In this document: piece by piece, positions 17,447-27,096 of the stretch
How positions within the stretch are numbered: the stretch's first letter is position 1
Layout: each line of letters starts with the position of its first letter
NCBI GenBank assembly: GCA_035762825.1
Contig: DASUCI010000054.1
Location: 1-54,654, forward strand
Length of the DNA: 54,654 nt
Origin: Gaiellaceae bacterium
GTDB lineage: Bacteria; Actinomycetota; Thermoleophilia; Gaiellales; Gaiellaceae
Reading direction: 5' to 3'
The notes under the pieces: generated by a model
Told to the model about the DNA's origin: nothing
Database searches by the model: none
Seen by the model: only the letters and a program-made list of their open reading frames with translations
Translations under genes and position numbers: made by a program

Positions 17447-18247
17447 TCAGACGACGAGCGTGAAGATGAATATCGCAAGGAACACGCTCTGGGCGCTGTG
17501 CACTGCGATCCCGATCCAGGCGCTCCGATACCGCTTCGTCGGGTACGAGATCGTGAACATGTCGAGGAGCGTTCCCGGGATCGCCCACGGCACGTGCAGG
17601 TGGTAGCCGGCGAAGAGGAGGCCGTTCGCCACCCAGTCGCCGCGCCCGAACGCCCCGTTCATGCGCGGAAGGAGGTACCCGCGGAACAGGAGCTCCTCGC
17701 CGAGCATGGTGTTGAACAGGAACATCACGAGGATGAGGCCGTACCAGCCAAAGGCCCCGTCCAGGAACGCCTTGCCGGCGTCCGACTCGAGGATCGTGGC
17801 GAACTCCCGGTCGTCGGGCGCCGGCACGATCGCGACCAGCTCTTGGGCGAAGGTGAACGCGAGGATGAGCGGAATCACGACGAGCCACACGCGACCACCG
17901 ACGCGGCCGCTGCGCGGGCTCCGCGGAGAGCGGAGCCACAGCGCCTCGCGGACCGCCGACCAGCGGAGGGTCCGCTGCTCGCGACCGACGAGGATCGCAA
18001 TCAGGATGAACTGCCAGACCATGCCGGTCGCGAGGGAGACGATCAGCGCCTTCGCCATCGGCACGTCGCCAACGCCGGCGAAGCGGTCGGCGAGCGCTGG
18101 CGCGACGAGCCAGGCGAGCACCGCCAGCGGGAGCGCGGCGGCCGCCCAGACGGCGAGGATCCCGCGGATCCGCAGCTGCGGAATCTCGACGCTCGAGACG
18201 GCGGTGTCAGAGCGGGCAGTGGCTGTGAGTGGGTATGAGACGCTCAT
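17447..18247 (-). CDS. CPBP family intramembrane glutamic endopeptidase (CAAX protease/Abi)
   Basis: 266 aa and multi-TM, with motif 1 GEELLFRGYL and motifs FAGYHL / AVHSAQS. Confidence 0.75.
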   Translation of the reverse strand: MSVSYPLTATARSDTAVSSVEIPQLRIRGILAVWAAAALPLAVLAWLVAPALADRFAGVGDVPMAKALIVSLATGMVWQFILIAILVGREQRTLRWSAVREALWLRSPRSPRSGRVGGRVWLVVIPLILAFTFAQELVAIVPAPDDREFATILESDAGKAFLDGAFGWYGLILVMFLFNTMLGEELLFRGYLLPRMNGAFGRGDWVANGLLFAGYHLHVPWAIPGTLLDMFTISYPTKRYRSAWIGIAVHSAQSVFLAIFIFTLVV

Positions 18248-18325
18248 CTGCGTCCTCCTTTGGGGGGTCGATTCCAGTGCCGGACGCTAGGAGGCGGTGG
18301 CGCCAGGCGCCTCGTCGGAAGGCCG

Positions 18326-18366
18326 GATTCGGGCTCCGACTCGCCGACGATTCCGGCTCCTACTCG
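18326..18366. promoter_or_regulatory. tandem 18-nt direct repeats in the divergent CPBP / two-component promoter region
   Basis: GATTCGGGCTCCGACTCG (18326..18343) and GATTCCGGCTCCTACTCG (18349..18366) share 16/18 positions with a 23-nt period. Confidence 0.4.
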
Positions 18367-18389
18367 GGTAGGAGGCGCCTTCAGAGAGC

Positions 18390-19577
18390 GTGCGGTACGT
18401 TCAGCCCATGGGCCGGATCCGACACATAGCGCGCGAATACTGGTTCGAGCTGCTGATCGCGTTGCTGGCGATCGCGGGCATGCTCGAGCTCGTGGTCGGA
18501 CGCGACTCGCCGGGCGCACCGCCCACGTCGCTGTGGTTCGCCATACCCACGGTGGCTGTGCTCGTCCTGCCTCTGTTCGCGCGTCGCCGCTTCCCCTTCG
18601 CCGCGCCCGCGGCCTACTGGGCCCTGGTCGCGGTGATCTCATTCGGCGACGGGGTGCTGCTCGCGTTCATCGGCAGTCTCGGGCTCGTCGGCTTGGCGAG
18701 CGCCTTCCTGCTCGGGAACCTGCGGGATCCCCTGAAGGCAGGCGCGGGCCTGATCATCGTGTTGGTCGGAATCGTGATCCTCGTCTACAACATCCCCGGT
18801 TCACTGCCAGTCGGCGACTACGTCTTCATCCCCCTTCGGTTCGTGGTCGCCTGGGTCGCGGGCTACGCACTTCGTGAGCGTGCTGAGCAGGCCGAAGCGG
18901 CGGAAGAACGCGCCGTCCACGCCGAGCGCGAGCGCGAGTCGGCTGCACGCGTCGCGGTGGCCGAGGAGCGTTCACGGATCGCCCGTGAGCTCCACGACAT
19001 CGTCGCCCACGCCGTGAGCGTGATGGTGCTCCAGGTCGGCGCAGTGAGGCACAAGCTTCCTGTCACGATGGGCGAGGACAGCGATGCGCTCAAAGGCGTC
19101 GAGCGCGCCGGCCGCACCGCGCTCGCCGAGATGCGCCGTCTCCTCGCTGCTATGCGCCGCGAAGGGGACGAAGCTGAGCTCGTGCCTCAGCCCGGCCTCG
19201 ACGGACTCGGCTCGCTGCTCGCTGATGTCAGCCGCGCCGGCCTGCCCGTCGAGCTGCATGTCGACGGCAAGCCCTTCCCGCTGCCGCGAGGGGTCGACCT
19301 CTCGGCCTATCGCATCGTTCAAGAAGGGCTGACCAACGCTCTCAAGCATGCGCACGCCAGCGACGCCGACGTGACGGTCCGTTATCGGCCGGACGAGCTG
19401 GAGATCGAGGTGCGTGACAACGGCAGCGGCGGCGTGACAAGCGACGGCCTCGGCCATGGGCTCATCGGCGTGCGGGAACGCGTCAAGATCTACGGCGGCA
19501 GGATGACCGCGGGAACGGCCATCGACGGCGGGTTCGTCCTCAGTACACGCCTCCCGCTCGGCCAGGACGAACGATGA
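18390..19577 (+). CDS. sensor histidine kinase (HisKA_3 / NarX-DesK type)
   Basis: The N-terminal sensor has 5 TM segments. H-box ERSRIARELHDIVAH, and an HATPase region (VRDNGSGG...GHGLIGVRERV). Confidence 0.85.
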   Translation: MRYVQPMGRIRHIAREYWFELLIALLAIAGMLELVVGRDSPGAPPTSLWFAIPTVAVLVLPLFARRRFPFAAPAAYWALVAVISFGDGVLLAFIGSLGLVGLASAFLLGNLRDPLKAGAGLIIVLVGIVILVYNIPGSLPVGDYVFIPLRFVVAWVAGYALRERAEQAEAAEERAVHAERERESAARVAVAEERSRIARELHDIVAHAVSVMVLQVGAVRHKLPVTMGEDSDALKGVERAGRTALAEMRRLLAAMRREGDEAELVPQPGLDGLGSLLADVSRAGLPVELHVDGKPFPLPRGVDLSAYRIVQEGLTNALKHAHASDADVTVRYRPDELEIEVRDNGSGGVTSDGLGHGLIGVRERVKIYGGRMTAGTAIDGGFVLSTRLPLGQDER

Positions 19578-20245
19578 CGATCCGTGTGCTCGTCGCCGAC
19601 GACCAGTCGATGGTCCGCGCCGGCTTTCGCATGCTGCTCGCGGGCGAGGAGGACATCGAAGTGGTGGCCGAGGCGAGCAACGGGCTCGAGGCCGTCGACA
19701 AAGCGACGCGGTTCAATCCATCGGTCGTCCTGATGGACATCCGCATGCCCGAGCTGGACGGTCTGCAGGCGACCCAACGCATCCTCGCGGCCGACAACGC
19801 CGCGCGGATTCTGATTCTCACGACGTTCGACCTGGACGAATACGTCTTCGAAGCGTTGAAGGCCGGGGCAAGCGGCTTCGTCCTCAAGGACGATTCTCCC
19901 GAACAGCTGATCGCCGCGATCCGCACGGTCGCCGATGGCGAGGCGCTCCTCTCACCGACGATCACGAGACGGGTGATCGAAAAGTTCGCCTTGATAGCGC
20001 CTCCGGCTCCTCCGAAGGAATTTGACGAGCTCAGTGAGCGCGAACGAGACGTCTTTCGCTTCATGGCTCGTGGCCTGTCCAACGCCGAAATCGGTACCGA
20101 GCTCTACATCAGCGAGACGACCGTCAAGACTCACGTCACTCACATCCTCCAGAAGCTCGACCTTCGCGACCGCGTGCAGGCAGTCGTGCTCGCGTACCAG
20201 ACCGGGCTCTTCGAGCCGGACATACCACACCGAGGCCGAGGCTAG
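19574..20245 (+). CDS. response regulator, NarL/LuxR family
   Basis: REC domain (IRVLVADDQ...DIRMPELDG) plus a LuxR HTH (LSERERDVFRFMARGLSNAEIGTELYISETTVKTHV). The start overlaps the kinase stop (ATGA). Confidence 0.9.
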   Translation: MTIRVLVADDQSMVRAGFRMLLAGEEDIEVVAEASNGLEAVDKATRFNPSVVLMDIRMPELDGLQATQRILAADNAARILILTTFDLDEYVFEALKAGASGFVLKDDSPEQLIAAIRTVADGEALLSPTITRRVIEKFALIAPPAPPKEFDELSERERDVFRFMARGLSNAEIGTELYISETTVKTHVTHILQKLDLRDRVQAVVLAYQTGLFEPDIPHRGRG

Positions 20246-20324
20246 CCGCGCATTCCCGCGAACAGCATCGACTCGGCGGGAACTAGCGGCGACGAGGATC
20301 GGCGGGCGGTGCTTTGCAGGCCGC

Positions 20325-21281
20325 TCAGCGCGCGAGCCGAGGCGCCAGGTGCTCTCCGATCAGCACGATCGAGTCGAGGTCGGTGTGCTGGCTGTGCATG
20401 ACCATCAGCCGATCGGCGCCAGCCTCGGCGTACGGACGGAGCGCCGCTGCGACCTCGTCGACCGAGCCGAACAATCGCTGCTCGCTCGAGCCGGCGAACC
20501 AGTCGTCGAAGTTCAGGTCGCGCGGCCTGAGATCGTAGATCGCGCGTGCCCGGTCCATTGCCTCGTCTCGGGTTTCCCCGACGATGCAATGGATGGCGAT
20601 GGAGAAGCGCATCGTCGCCGGATCCCGGCCGACCTCCGCGCACGCCTCGATCACGCGTTGGCGGGCATCGGGGAACTCCTGGGGACGAGAGTCCCACGAG
20701 ACGTTGTATTCGTCGGCGAAGCGCGCGGCCGGCAGCGTCGTGCCCGGCGTGCCTTTGCCACCGACGATGATCGGGGGATGCGGCGATTGCAGTGGCCTCG
20801 GCCTACCAGGCGCGTTTTCGAGCGTGTAGTGGCTGCCGTTGAACGTGACCCGGTCCTCGGTCCAGAGCCGATGCACGATCTCGAGCTGCTCGGCGAGCAT
20901 CTGCTGGCGCACGCGCGGGCGCGGGAACGGAAAGCCGAACGCCTGGTGCTCGCGCTCCATCCACCCCGACCCGAGCCCGAGCTCCACGCGGCCGCCCGAG
21001 ACGTGGTCGGCTGTCGCGACCGCGTTTGCGAGCACCGCGGGGGGACGAAACGTCACCGGAGTAACCATCGTGCCGAGACGCAGAACCGACGTGCGTGCCG
21101 CGAGACCGGTGACGATCGTCCAGGCGTCATGCGCGACCTGGCCGAGCTCGTCGCTCGTCGAGATGTAGTGGTCTCCGGCAAAGAGCGTCGGGATGGCGGA
21201 CCGTTCGCACGCATCCGCAAGCGCGCACCAGTCGTCCCAGGTGACACCTCCTTGCGTGATGATCAGCAGGTCCAGTTCCAC
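20325..21281 (-). CDS. LLM-class (luciferase-like) flavin/F420-dependent oxidoreductase
   Basis: 318 aa (LRLGTMVTPVTFRPPAVLANAVATADHVSGGRVELGLGSGW) with a typical LLM TIM barrel. Confidence 0.75.
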   Translation of the reverse strand: MELDLLIITQGGVTWDDWCALADACERSAIPTLFAGDHYISTSDELGQVAHDAWTIVTGLAARTSVLRLGTMVTPVTFRPPAVLANAVATADHVSGGRVELGLGSGWMEREHQAFGFPFPRPRVRQQMLAEQLEIVHRLWTEDRVTFNGSHYTLENAPGRPRPLQSPHPPIIVGGKGTPGTTLPAARFADEYNVSWDSRPQEFPDARQRVIEACAEVGRDPATMRFSIAIHCIVGETRDEAMDRARAIYDLRPRDLNFDDWFAGSSEQRLFGSVDEVAAALRPYAEAGADRLMVMHSQHTDLDSIVLIGEHLAPRLAR

Positions 21282-21545
21282 CGATCACCCTCCGTACGGC
21301 CCGCGCTGTCTCGACGCATGTCCGGACCCTAGGCGGTAAATAGGGCGATCTACGTCCTGAATTGCTCGGCTGGTGGACGCTGCATGAACACCGAGCCGGA
21401 GAAACGGCGTCAGGGCCGGCCACGAAAGCGCCGCTAACCGAAAGGGTCGGACACCCAGGAGTGACCCGCGCGTGGACGCGTGTGGACGCGCTGATGTTCG
21501 CACGTGGTTCGCACGACCTGTCGGCTGCGCGGACAACGCCCCCGT

Positions 21546-22706
21546 CTAGATCGTGTCGAGGCCGACGTAGTTCTCGGCGAGCGACGTGGCCGCCGCGCGG
21601 GAGCTCGCGACGTAGCGGAGCTGTGCGAGCTGCAGCTTGAGGCTGAACGCGTCACCGTCATCGCCGCGGTGGAGCATCTGCGTCATCCACCAGGAGAAGT
21701 GCTCGGCGCGCCAGACGCGCCGCAGGACCGTGTCCGAGTAGGCGTTCAGCCCGGTCGCGGCTCCGGAGCTATACCAGTCGGAAAGCGCCTCTGCGAGCAC
21801 GCGCACGTCGTGCAGCGCCAGGTTCAGCCCCTTCGCCCCCGTTGGGGGCACGATATGCGCGGCGTCGCCCGCGATGAACAGGCGCCCGTAGCGCATGGGC
21901 TCGCAGACGTAGCTGCGCATGCCGGTCACGCCCTTCTCGAGGATCGGGCCTTCGGCGAGCGTCCATCCGTCCACATCGAGCCTGGTTTGCAGCTCGTCCC
22001 AGATGCGGTCGGCGGGCCATTCCGCGAGGTCCTCGTCGGGGCGACACTGGACGTAGAGGCGGCTGAGCTCCGGTGATCGGAGGCTCAGGAGCGCGAACCC
22101 GCGCTCGTGATGGGCATACACCAGCTCGTCGTTGGAGGGGGCGACCTGCGCGAGGATCCCGAGCCAGCCGAACGGGTATTCGCGCGAGAACTCGGACAGG
22201 ACGCCTGTCGGAATGCTCGGGCGGCAGATCCCGTGGAACCCATCGCAGCCCGCGATCACGTCGCACTCGACCTCCTCGTCGCTGCCCTCGTGCCGGTACC
22301 GGATGAGGGGACGGTCGGTGTCGAGGTCGTGCACCGAGACATCCGTGACTTCGAAGTGCAGCGGCGGGCCGGTCTCCAGCCGCAGGCGTATGAGGTCTTT
22401 GACGAGCTCGGTTTGTCCGTAGATGACGATCGCCCGCCCGCCGGCGAGGTCGCTCAGCGGGATGCGGTGGCGTTCCCCTGCGAACTGCAGCTCGATCCCG
22501 TGGTGCACGAGTCCTTCGCGCCGGAGGCGCTCGCCCGCTCCCGCCTCGACCAGCATGTCGACCGCTCCCTGCTCGATCACGCCGGCGCGGATACGTGCCT
22601 CGACGTGCTCTCGGCTCCGGTTTTCGAGGATGACCGTGTCGATCCCCGCGTTGTGCAGCAGGTGGCCGAGCATGAGGCCGGCCGGTCCGGCTCCGACGAT
22701 TCCCAC
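21546..22706 (-). CDS. pobA: 4-hydroxybenzoate 3-monooxygenase
   Basis: VGIVGAGPAGLMLGHLL...CDGFHG...FIAGDAAHIVPPTGAKGLNLALHD...FSWWMT is collinear with PobA along its length. GTG 22706 is chosen; the alternative CTG 22727 overlaps the pcaC stop and gives 393 aa. Confidence 0.85.
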   Translation of the reverse strand: MGIVGAGPAGLMLGHLLHNAGIDTVILENRSREHVEARIRAGVIEQGAVDMLVEAGAGERLRREGLVHHGIELQFAGERHRIPLSDLAGGRAIVIYGQTELVKDLIRLRLETGPPLHFEVTDVSVHDLDTDRPLIRYRHEGSDEEVECDVIAGCDGFHGICRPSIPTGVLSEFSREYPFGWLGILAQVAPSNDELVYAHHERGFALLSLRSPELSRLYVQCRPDEDLAEWPADRIWDELQTRLDVDGWTLAEGPILEKGVTGMRSYVCEPMRYGRLFIAGDAAHIVPPTGAKGLNLALHDVRVLAEALSDWYSSGAATGLNAYSDTVLRRVWRAEHFSWWMTQMLHRGDDGDAFSLKLQLAQLRYVASSRAAATSLAENYVGLDTI

Positions 22707-22723
22707 CTGCGTCCGAGTGCGAT

Positions 22724-23092
22724 TCAGATCGCGCCCTCCTCCTCGAGGACGCGCTGGGCGATCGCGAACGCGCCGTTGGCCGCCGGGACCCCGCAGTAGA
22801 CGGCGCAGTGGAGCAAGACCTCCTTGAGCTCGTCCGGCGTGACGCCGTTGCGGAGCGCGGCGCGGACGTGCATCGCGAGCTCGTGCTCGCGGCCGGTCGC
22901 GACGAGAGACGCGACCGTGATGCAGCTCCGCGTGCGGCGGTCGAGGCCCGGCCGCGACCAGATCTCGCCCCAGGCGTAGCGGGTGATGAGGTCCTGGAAG
23001 TCGGCCGTGAACTCGGTCGTGCCCTCGATCGCGCGGTCCACGTGCTCGTCGCCCAGCACGTCGCGTCTCGTCTTCATCCCGTCGTCGCTCAC
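22724..23092 (-). CDS. pcaC: 4-carboxymuconolactone decarboxylase
   Basis: The C-terminus of ORF 22724..23317 (TRYAWGEIWSRPGLDRRTRSCITVA...ELAMHVRAALRNG) is a CMD domain. GTG 23092 overlaps the pcaD stop (GTGA); alternative ATG 23077. Confidence 0.8.
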   Translation of the reverse strand: MSDDGMKTRRDVLGDEHVDRAIEGTTEFTADFQDLITRYAWGEIWSRPGLDRRTRSCITVASLVATGREHELAMHVRAALRNGVTPDELKEVLLHCAVYCGVPAANGAFAIAQRVLEEEGAI

Positions 23093-23862
23093 ACTGGCAC
23101 CTCCTGTCCGAGATGGTCGAGCGCGGCCCTCGTGAACTCCTCGGCACGCTCGACGTTCGCGAGGTGGGCCGCGCGCTCCAGGACGACGAGCCTCGCCTCC
23201 GGGATCCTGGAGACGAGAAGCTCGGCGTGCTCGACCGGCGTCGCCGCCGGGTCCTCGGCCCCCGCGATGACGAGTGTCGGGACGGAGATCGCGGTGATCC
23301 GCTCTCTCGCGTCCCACGCGGCGAGCGCCTCGCAGCAGCGCGCGTAGCCCTCCGGCGGAGTCGCGACCAGCATCGCGCGGAAGCGCGCGACCGTCTCCGG
23401 CTCCTCGCGCGGGAACTCCGGCGTGAACCAGCGCACGACGACGCTGTCCGCGATTGCCTCCATCCCGTCAGCCCGAACTCTCCGGGCGCGCTCTGCCCAC
23501 CCAGCGGGCGGTCCGAGATATGCGGACGTGCACGAGAGAACGAGCCGCTCGACGCGCTCGGGCGCTTCGAGTGCGAGCGCGAGTCCGACCATCCCTCCGA
23601 GCGAGGTTCCGCAGAGCGACACGCGTTCGAGCGCGAGCGCGTCGAGGAGCTCGAGGAGGCTCTGTGCGAATGCCTCGACGGTGCACGGCTCCTCGGGAAG
23701 CCCCGAGGCGCCGTGGCCAGGGTGGTCGTACGTGAGGACGCGGAAGCGCTCCGTTAGCTCTGGGAGCTGTCGGCTCCAGAGGTGCTGACCGGTGCCCAGG
23801 GAGTTCGCAAGCACCAGTGCCGGCGCTTCCCCGCGGCCGTGGAGGCGATGGTCGAGCCTCAT
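23089..23862 (-). CDS. pcaD: 3-oxoadipate enol-lactonase
   Basis: Alpha/beta hydrolase with nucleophile elbow GTSLGG and HxxN (AAHLANVE). ATG 23862 overlaps the pcaB stop (ATGA); alternative ATG 23877. Confidence 0.8.
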   Translation of the reverse strand: MRLDHRLHGRGEAPALVLANSLGTGQHLWSRQLPELTERFRVLTYDHPGHGASGLPEEPCTVEAFAQSLLELLDALALERVSLCGTSLGGMVGLALALEAPERVERLVLSCTSAYLGPPAGWAERARRVRADGMEAIADSVVVRWFTPEFPREEPETVARFRAMLVATPPEGYARCCEALAAWDARERITAISVPTLVIAGAEDPAATPVEHAELLVSRIPEARLVVLERAAHLANVERAEEFTRAALDHLGQEVPV

Positions 23863-25163
23863 CGTGCCTCTGCCCACTCGACGAGTGTGCGGTCCACGAG
23901 CGCCTCTGCGGATCCGATGTACCCGGCAGGGTCGAGGAGCTCGTCGAGCTCGGTCTCCGACAGAGCGACGCGCTTGTCGACGAGCAGCGCCTCCCGGAAC
24001 GAGCGAGCGCGCGCGGCCTCAGCAACGACGTCGTGAGCCTGGCTGCGTCCCAGGCGGGGTGTGAGCGCAAACGAGACGCGCTCCGCGACAACGAGCCCAC
24101 CGCTCGCCTCCAGGTTCGTCCGCATCCGCTCGGCGTCGACTTCGAGACCGGTCACGGCGTCCCCCGCGGCGGACGCCGCTCCGCCTGCGAACGCGAGCGC
24201 GCCGGAGAGCGCCGCCCACTCGGCGTGCCAGCCTCCCACCGCGCGCTCGTGCTCGTGCGCGAGCTCCCCGAGCAGGACGCCTGCGTGAGCGCTCGTGAGG
24301 CGCGCGCACGAGACCGCCAGGGTCGAGCGGACGGGATTTCGCTTCTGCGGCATGGTCGACGAGCGCCCGCCTGCCGCCTCCCTTACCTCGCCCACCTCGC
24401 TCTGGGCGAGGAGCACGAGGTCGCGGCCGACCTTCGCCGCTGCGCCGGCGACGCCTACGAGTGCCGCGCCGAGCTCCGCTACGCGCTGGCGATTCGTATG
24501 CCAGGGGAGCACGGGCTCCGCGAGCTCGAGCTCACGCGCGTAGAGACGGACCACCTCGAGCGCGTCGTCACCGAGCGCTGCGAGGGTCCCGGCGGCGCCA
24601 CCGAGCTGCGCTGCGAGTCGCTCGTCGCGCACCGCCGTGAGTCGCCGCCGCGCCTCGAGCAGCGCAACGAGCCAGCCCGCCGCCTTCAGCCCGAAGGTCG
24701 TGGGCACTGCCTGCTGCAGGAGGGTGCGCGCCGCCATGGGAGTCGACCGGTGGGCGCGTGCGAGCTCGGCGCATCCTTCGCCGAGTCGGTCGACCTCGGC
24801 GAGCACGAGTGCGACTGCACGACGAGAGACGAGCATCGCGGCCGTGTCGATGATGTCCTGGCTCGTCGCCCCGTGATGAACCCAGTCCGAGGCCTCGCCG
24901 CCGACCGCCTCGCGCAGCGCTCGGACGAGGGGCTCGGCCGGGTTCCCGACCGTGCGTCCTTTTTGCGCCAGCTCTTCCGGGTCGTACAGCTCCGCGCGAC
25001 ATGCCGCTCCGATCCGGGCCGCGGCCTCCTCCGGGACGAGCCCGACTGCGGCACTCGCCGTGGCAAGCGCGCGCTCCGCGTCCAGCATCCCCTGCAGCCA
25101 GGCGCGATCCGAGACCGCTTCTCGCAGCGCCCGCGGCACGAAGATGGCCGAGAACGGCGTCAC
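23859..25163 (-). CDS. pcaB: 3-carboxy-cis,cis-muconate cycloisomerase
   Basis: Fumarate-lyase superfamily signature GSSTMPQKRNP, HGATSQD and TNRQR. GTG 25163 overlaps the pcaG stop (GTGA). The longer ORF N-terminus is Arg/Pro-rich shadow. Confidence 0.85.
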   Translation of the reverse strand: MTPFSAIFVPRALREAVSDRAWLQGMLDAERALATASAAVGLVPEEAAARIGAACRAELYDPEELAQKGRTVGNPAEPLVRALREAVGGEASDWVHHGATSQDIIDTAAMLVSRRAVALVLAEVDRLGEGCAELARAHRSTPMAARTLLQQAVPTTFGLKAAGWLVALLEARRRLTAVRDERLAAQLGGAAGTLAALGDDALEVVRLYARELELAEPVLPWHTNRQRVAELGAALVGVAGAAAKVGRDLVLLAQSEVGEVREAAGGRSSTMPQKRNPVRSTLAVSCARLTSAHAGVLLGELAHEHERAVGGWHAEWAALSGALAFAGGAASAAGDAVTGLEVDAERMRTNLEASGGLVVAERVSFALTPRLGRSQAHDVVAEAARARSFREALLVDKRVALSETELDELLDPAGYIGSAEALVDRTLVEWAEAR

Positions 25164-25729
25164 ACCGCGAAGAACGTCGACTGGCCGCGGCCCTGGAGGA
25201 CGATGTCGAAGCGAAGCGCGCCGTCTTCCGCCCGCGCGACGAGCGTCGCCCGCTTCTCCGGCTCGAGGCCGAGGAGCAGGGGGTCCTCCGCGTTCGCGGC
25301 TTCCTCGTCGGGGAAGTACATGCGGGTCGCGACTCGCTTGAGGAGCCCGCGCGCGAAGACCCCGACGAGGAGGTGCGGCGCCTGGAGGTGTCCGTCCACC
25401 CACGGCACGCGGCCCGGCTTCACGGTGACGAAGTCGAAGCGGCCGCCGTCCTGGGTGGCCGAGCGGCCGAATCCCCAGAACCCGTCCTCGAGCGGGACGT
25501 CCTCACGGTCGTCCGCCGGATGCGCGTAGCGGCCCGTGGCATTCGCCTGCCAGATCTCGACCAGGCCGTCGGCCACCGGATCGCCTGCGCCGTCGAGGAC
25601 TACGCCCGAGATGCGGATGGCGCGCGGGTCGACCTCGTCCACCAGGCGGTTCGTGATCGGCCCGTCGACGAGGCCGATCGTGAGAAACGGCCCGGCGGTC
25701 TGGGACGGCGTGAGCACGAGCTCAGTCAT
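25160..25729 (-). CDS. pcaG: protocatechuate 3,4-dioxygenase alpha subunit
   Basis: [15 protein letters not shown]...[16 protein letters not shown]...APHLLVGVFARGL. ATG 25729 lies 2 nt after the pcaH stop. Confidence 0.85.
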   Translation of the reverse strand: MTELVLTPSQTAGPFLTIGLVDGPITNRLVDEVDPRAIRISGVVLDGAGDPVADGLVEIWQANATGRYAHPADDREDVPLEDGFWGFGRSATQDGGRFDFVTVKPGRVPWVDGHLQAPHLLVGVFARGLLKRVATRMYFPDEEAANAEDPLLLGLEPEKRATLVARAEDGALRFDIVLQGRGQSTFFAV

Positions 25730-26450
25730 CGTGCGGCTCCTCGAGCGGCGTCGGCGCACGGCCGCCCAGAACGATGTCGAAGCGAAACCCGAGCGCCCAG
25801 TCCGGCTTCGTCAGCTCCAGGTCGAACTCCGAGACGAGCCGTTGCCGGGCGCGCTCGTCCCGGATCGAGTTGAAGATCGGATCGAACGGGAAGAGCGGGT
25901 CGCCTGGGAAGTACATCTGCGTCACGAGCCGCTCCGCGAACGCGCGGCCGAACAGCGAGACGTGGATGTGCCGCGGACGCCACGCGTTCGCGTGGTTTCC
26001 CCACGGGTACGCGCCCGGCATGACAGTGACGAATCGGTACGTGCCGTCGGCCTCCGTCAGGCAGCGTCCGCCTCCCGAGAAGTTCGGGTCGAGCGGCGCG
26101 TCCCAGGTGTCGGCGACGTGGTCGTAGCGGCCGGCCGCGTTCGCCTGCCAGATCTCGACGAGCTGCCCGCGGAGGGGCTTCCCGTCCGAGCCGAGGACCC
26201 GACCGGTGACGACGATGCGCTGCCCGAGCGGCTCCCCCGCGTGCTGGCGGGTGAGGTCGGCGTCCGTTTCCGAGAGCGGGCCGTCGCCGTAGATAGGCCC
26301 CGTGACCTCGGAGAGCGAGGCCGGCAGGACGACAAGCGGTTCCTTCGGTGCACGCAGGCGCGTGCTCACGTACTCCGGGTAGAGGAGCGGCGGGTCGATG
26401 CCTGTCAGCGCGCTGTCAGGGACGCGAGCAAGAGCGGTCTCAGGCTGCAC
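25722..26450 (-). CDS. pcaH: protocatechuate 3,4-dioxygenase beta subunit
   Basis: [15 protein letters not shown]...[21 protein letters not shown] carries the iron-ligand Tyr/His region. GTG 26450 gives 242 aa and overlaps the pcaJ end by 11 nt. Confidence 0.85.
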   Translation of the reverse strand: MQPETALARVPDSALTGIDPPLLYPEYVSTRLRAPKEPLVVLPASLSEVTGPIYGDGPLSETDADLTRQHAGEPLGQRIVVTGRVLGSDGKPLRGQLVEIWQANAAGRYDHVADTWDAPLDPNFSGGGRCLTEADGTYRFVTVMPGAYPWGNHANAWRPRHIHVSLFGRAFAERLVTQMYFPGDPLFPFDPIFNSIRDERARQRLVSEFDLELTKPDWALGFRFDIVLGGRAPTPLEEPHDD

Positions 26451-27096
26451 GGCGATCCTCCAGGTCGACGTCGAAGGGAGCGCCGGTCGCGGCCCGCACT
26501 TCGTCGACGGTCGCGTCGTCGAGCAGCTCGGTGAGGACGAGGGCCCCCTCGCGGAACCGGAAGACAGCGAGCTCGGTGACGACAACGTCGGCGACACCGC
26601 GGGCCGTCAGCGGATAGGTGCACTCGCGCACGATCTTCGGCTCTCCCGTCGACGACGTCGAGGTCATCGTCACGATCACGCGGCGCGCGCCGACGACGAG
26701 GTCCATCGCGCCGCCGACGCCGAGCACGTCCTTACCCGGGACGGCCCAGTTTGCGATGTCGCCGGAGATCGAGACCTGCAACGCGCCGAGCACCGCAACG
26801 TCGATGTGCCCACCCCGGATCATCGCGAAGCTCTGGGCGCTGTCGAAGTACGCCGCGCCGGGGAGTGCAGTCACCGGCCGCTTCGCTGCGTCTATGAGAT
26901 CGGGGTCGAGCTCCTCCTCGCTCGGCCGTGGCCCGACTCCGAGGAGGCCGTTCTCCGTGTGCAGGAAGACGTCCGTTCCACCACCTAACAGTCCCGGTAT
27001 GAGGTTCGGAATGCCGATGCCGAGGTTGACGATCTCGCCCGGCCGCAGCTCCTGCGCCGCGCGCGCTGCGATTGCGGACTTGACGTCGCCGGTCAT
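26440..27096 (-). CDS. pcaJ: 3-oxoadipate CoA-transferase subunit B
   Basis: 218 aa with the class I CoA-transferase B signature (NLGIGIP...LHTENG..., GGAMDL). Confidence 0.85.
   Translation of the reverse strand: MTGDVKSAIAARAAQELRPGEIVNLGIGIPNLIPGLLGGGTDVFLHTENGLLGVGPRPSEEELDPDLIDAAKRPVTALPGAAYFDSAQSFAMIRGGHIDVAVLGALQVSISGDIANWAVPGKDVLGVGGAMDLVVGARRVIVTMTSTSSTGEPKIVRECTYPLTARGVADVVVTELAVFRFREGALVLTELLDDATVDEVRAATGAPFDVDLEDRRAA

Noticed and set aside
21282-21545. Small ORFs (83 aa minus, 92 aa plus) in the pobA/LLM spacer as possible genes.
   Set aside because: Composition and codon pattern look non-coding and there is no ribosome-binding site or motif. The region is treated as regulatory or UTR (see the repeat finding).
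23817-25529. 570-aa plus-strand ORF antisense to pcaB and pcaG.
   Set aside because: It is a shadow ORF with no motifs, lying opposite two genes that carry diagnostic signatures.
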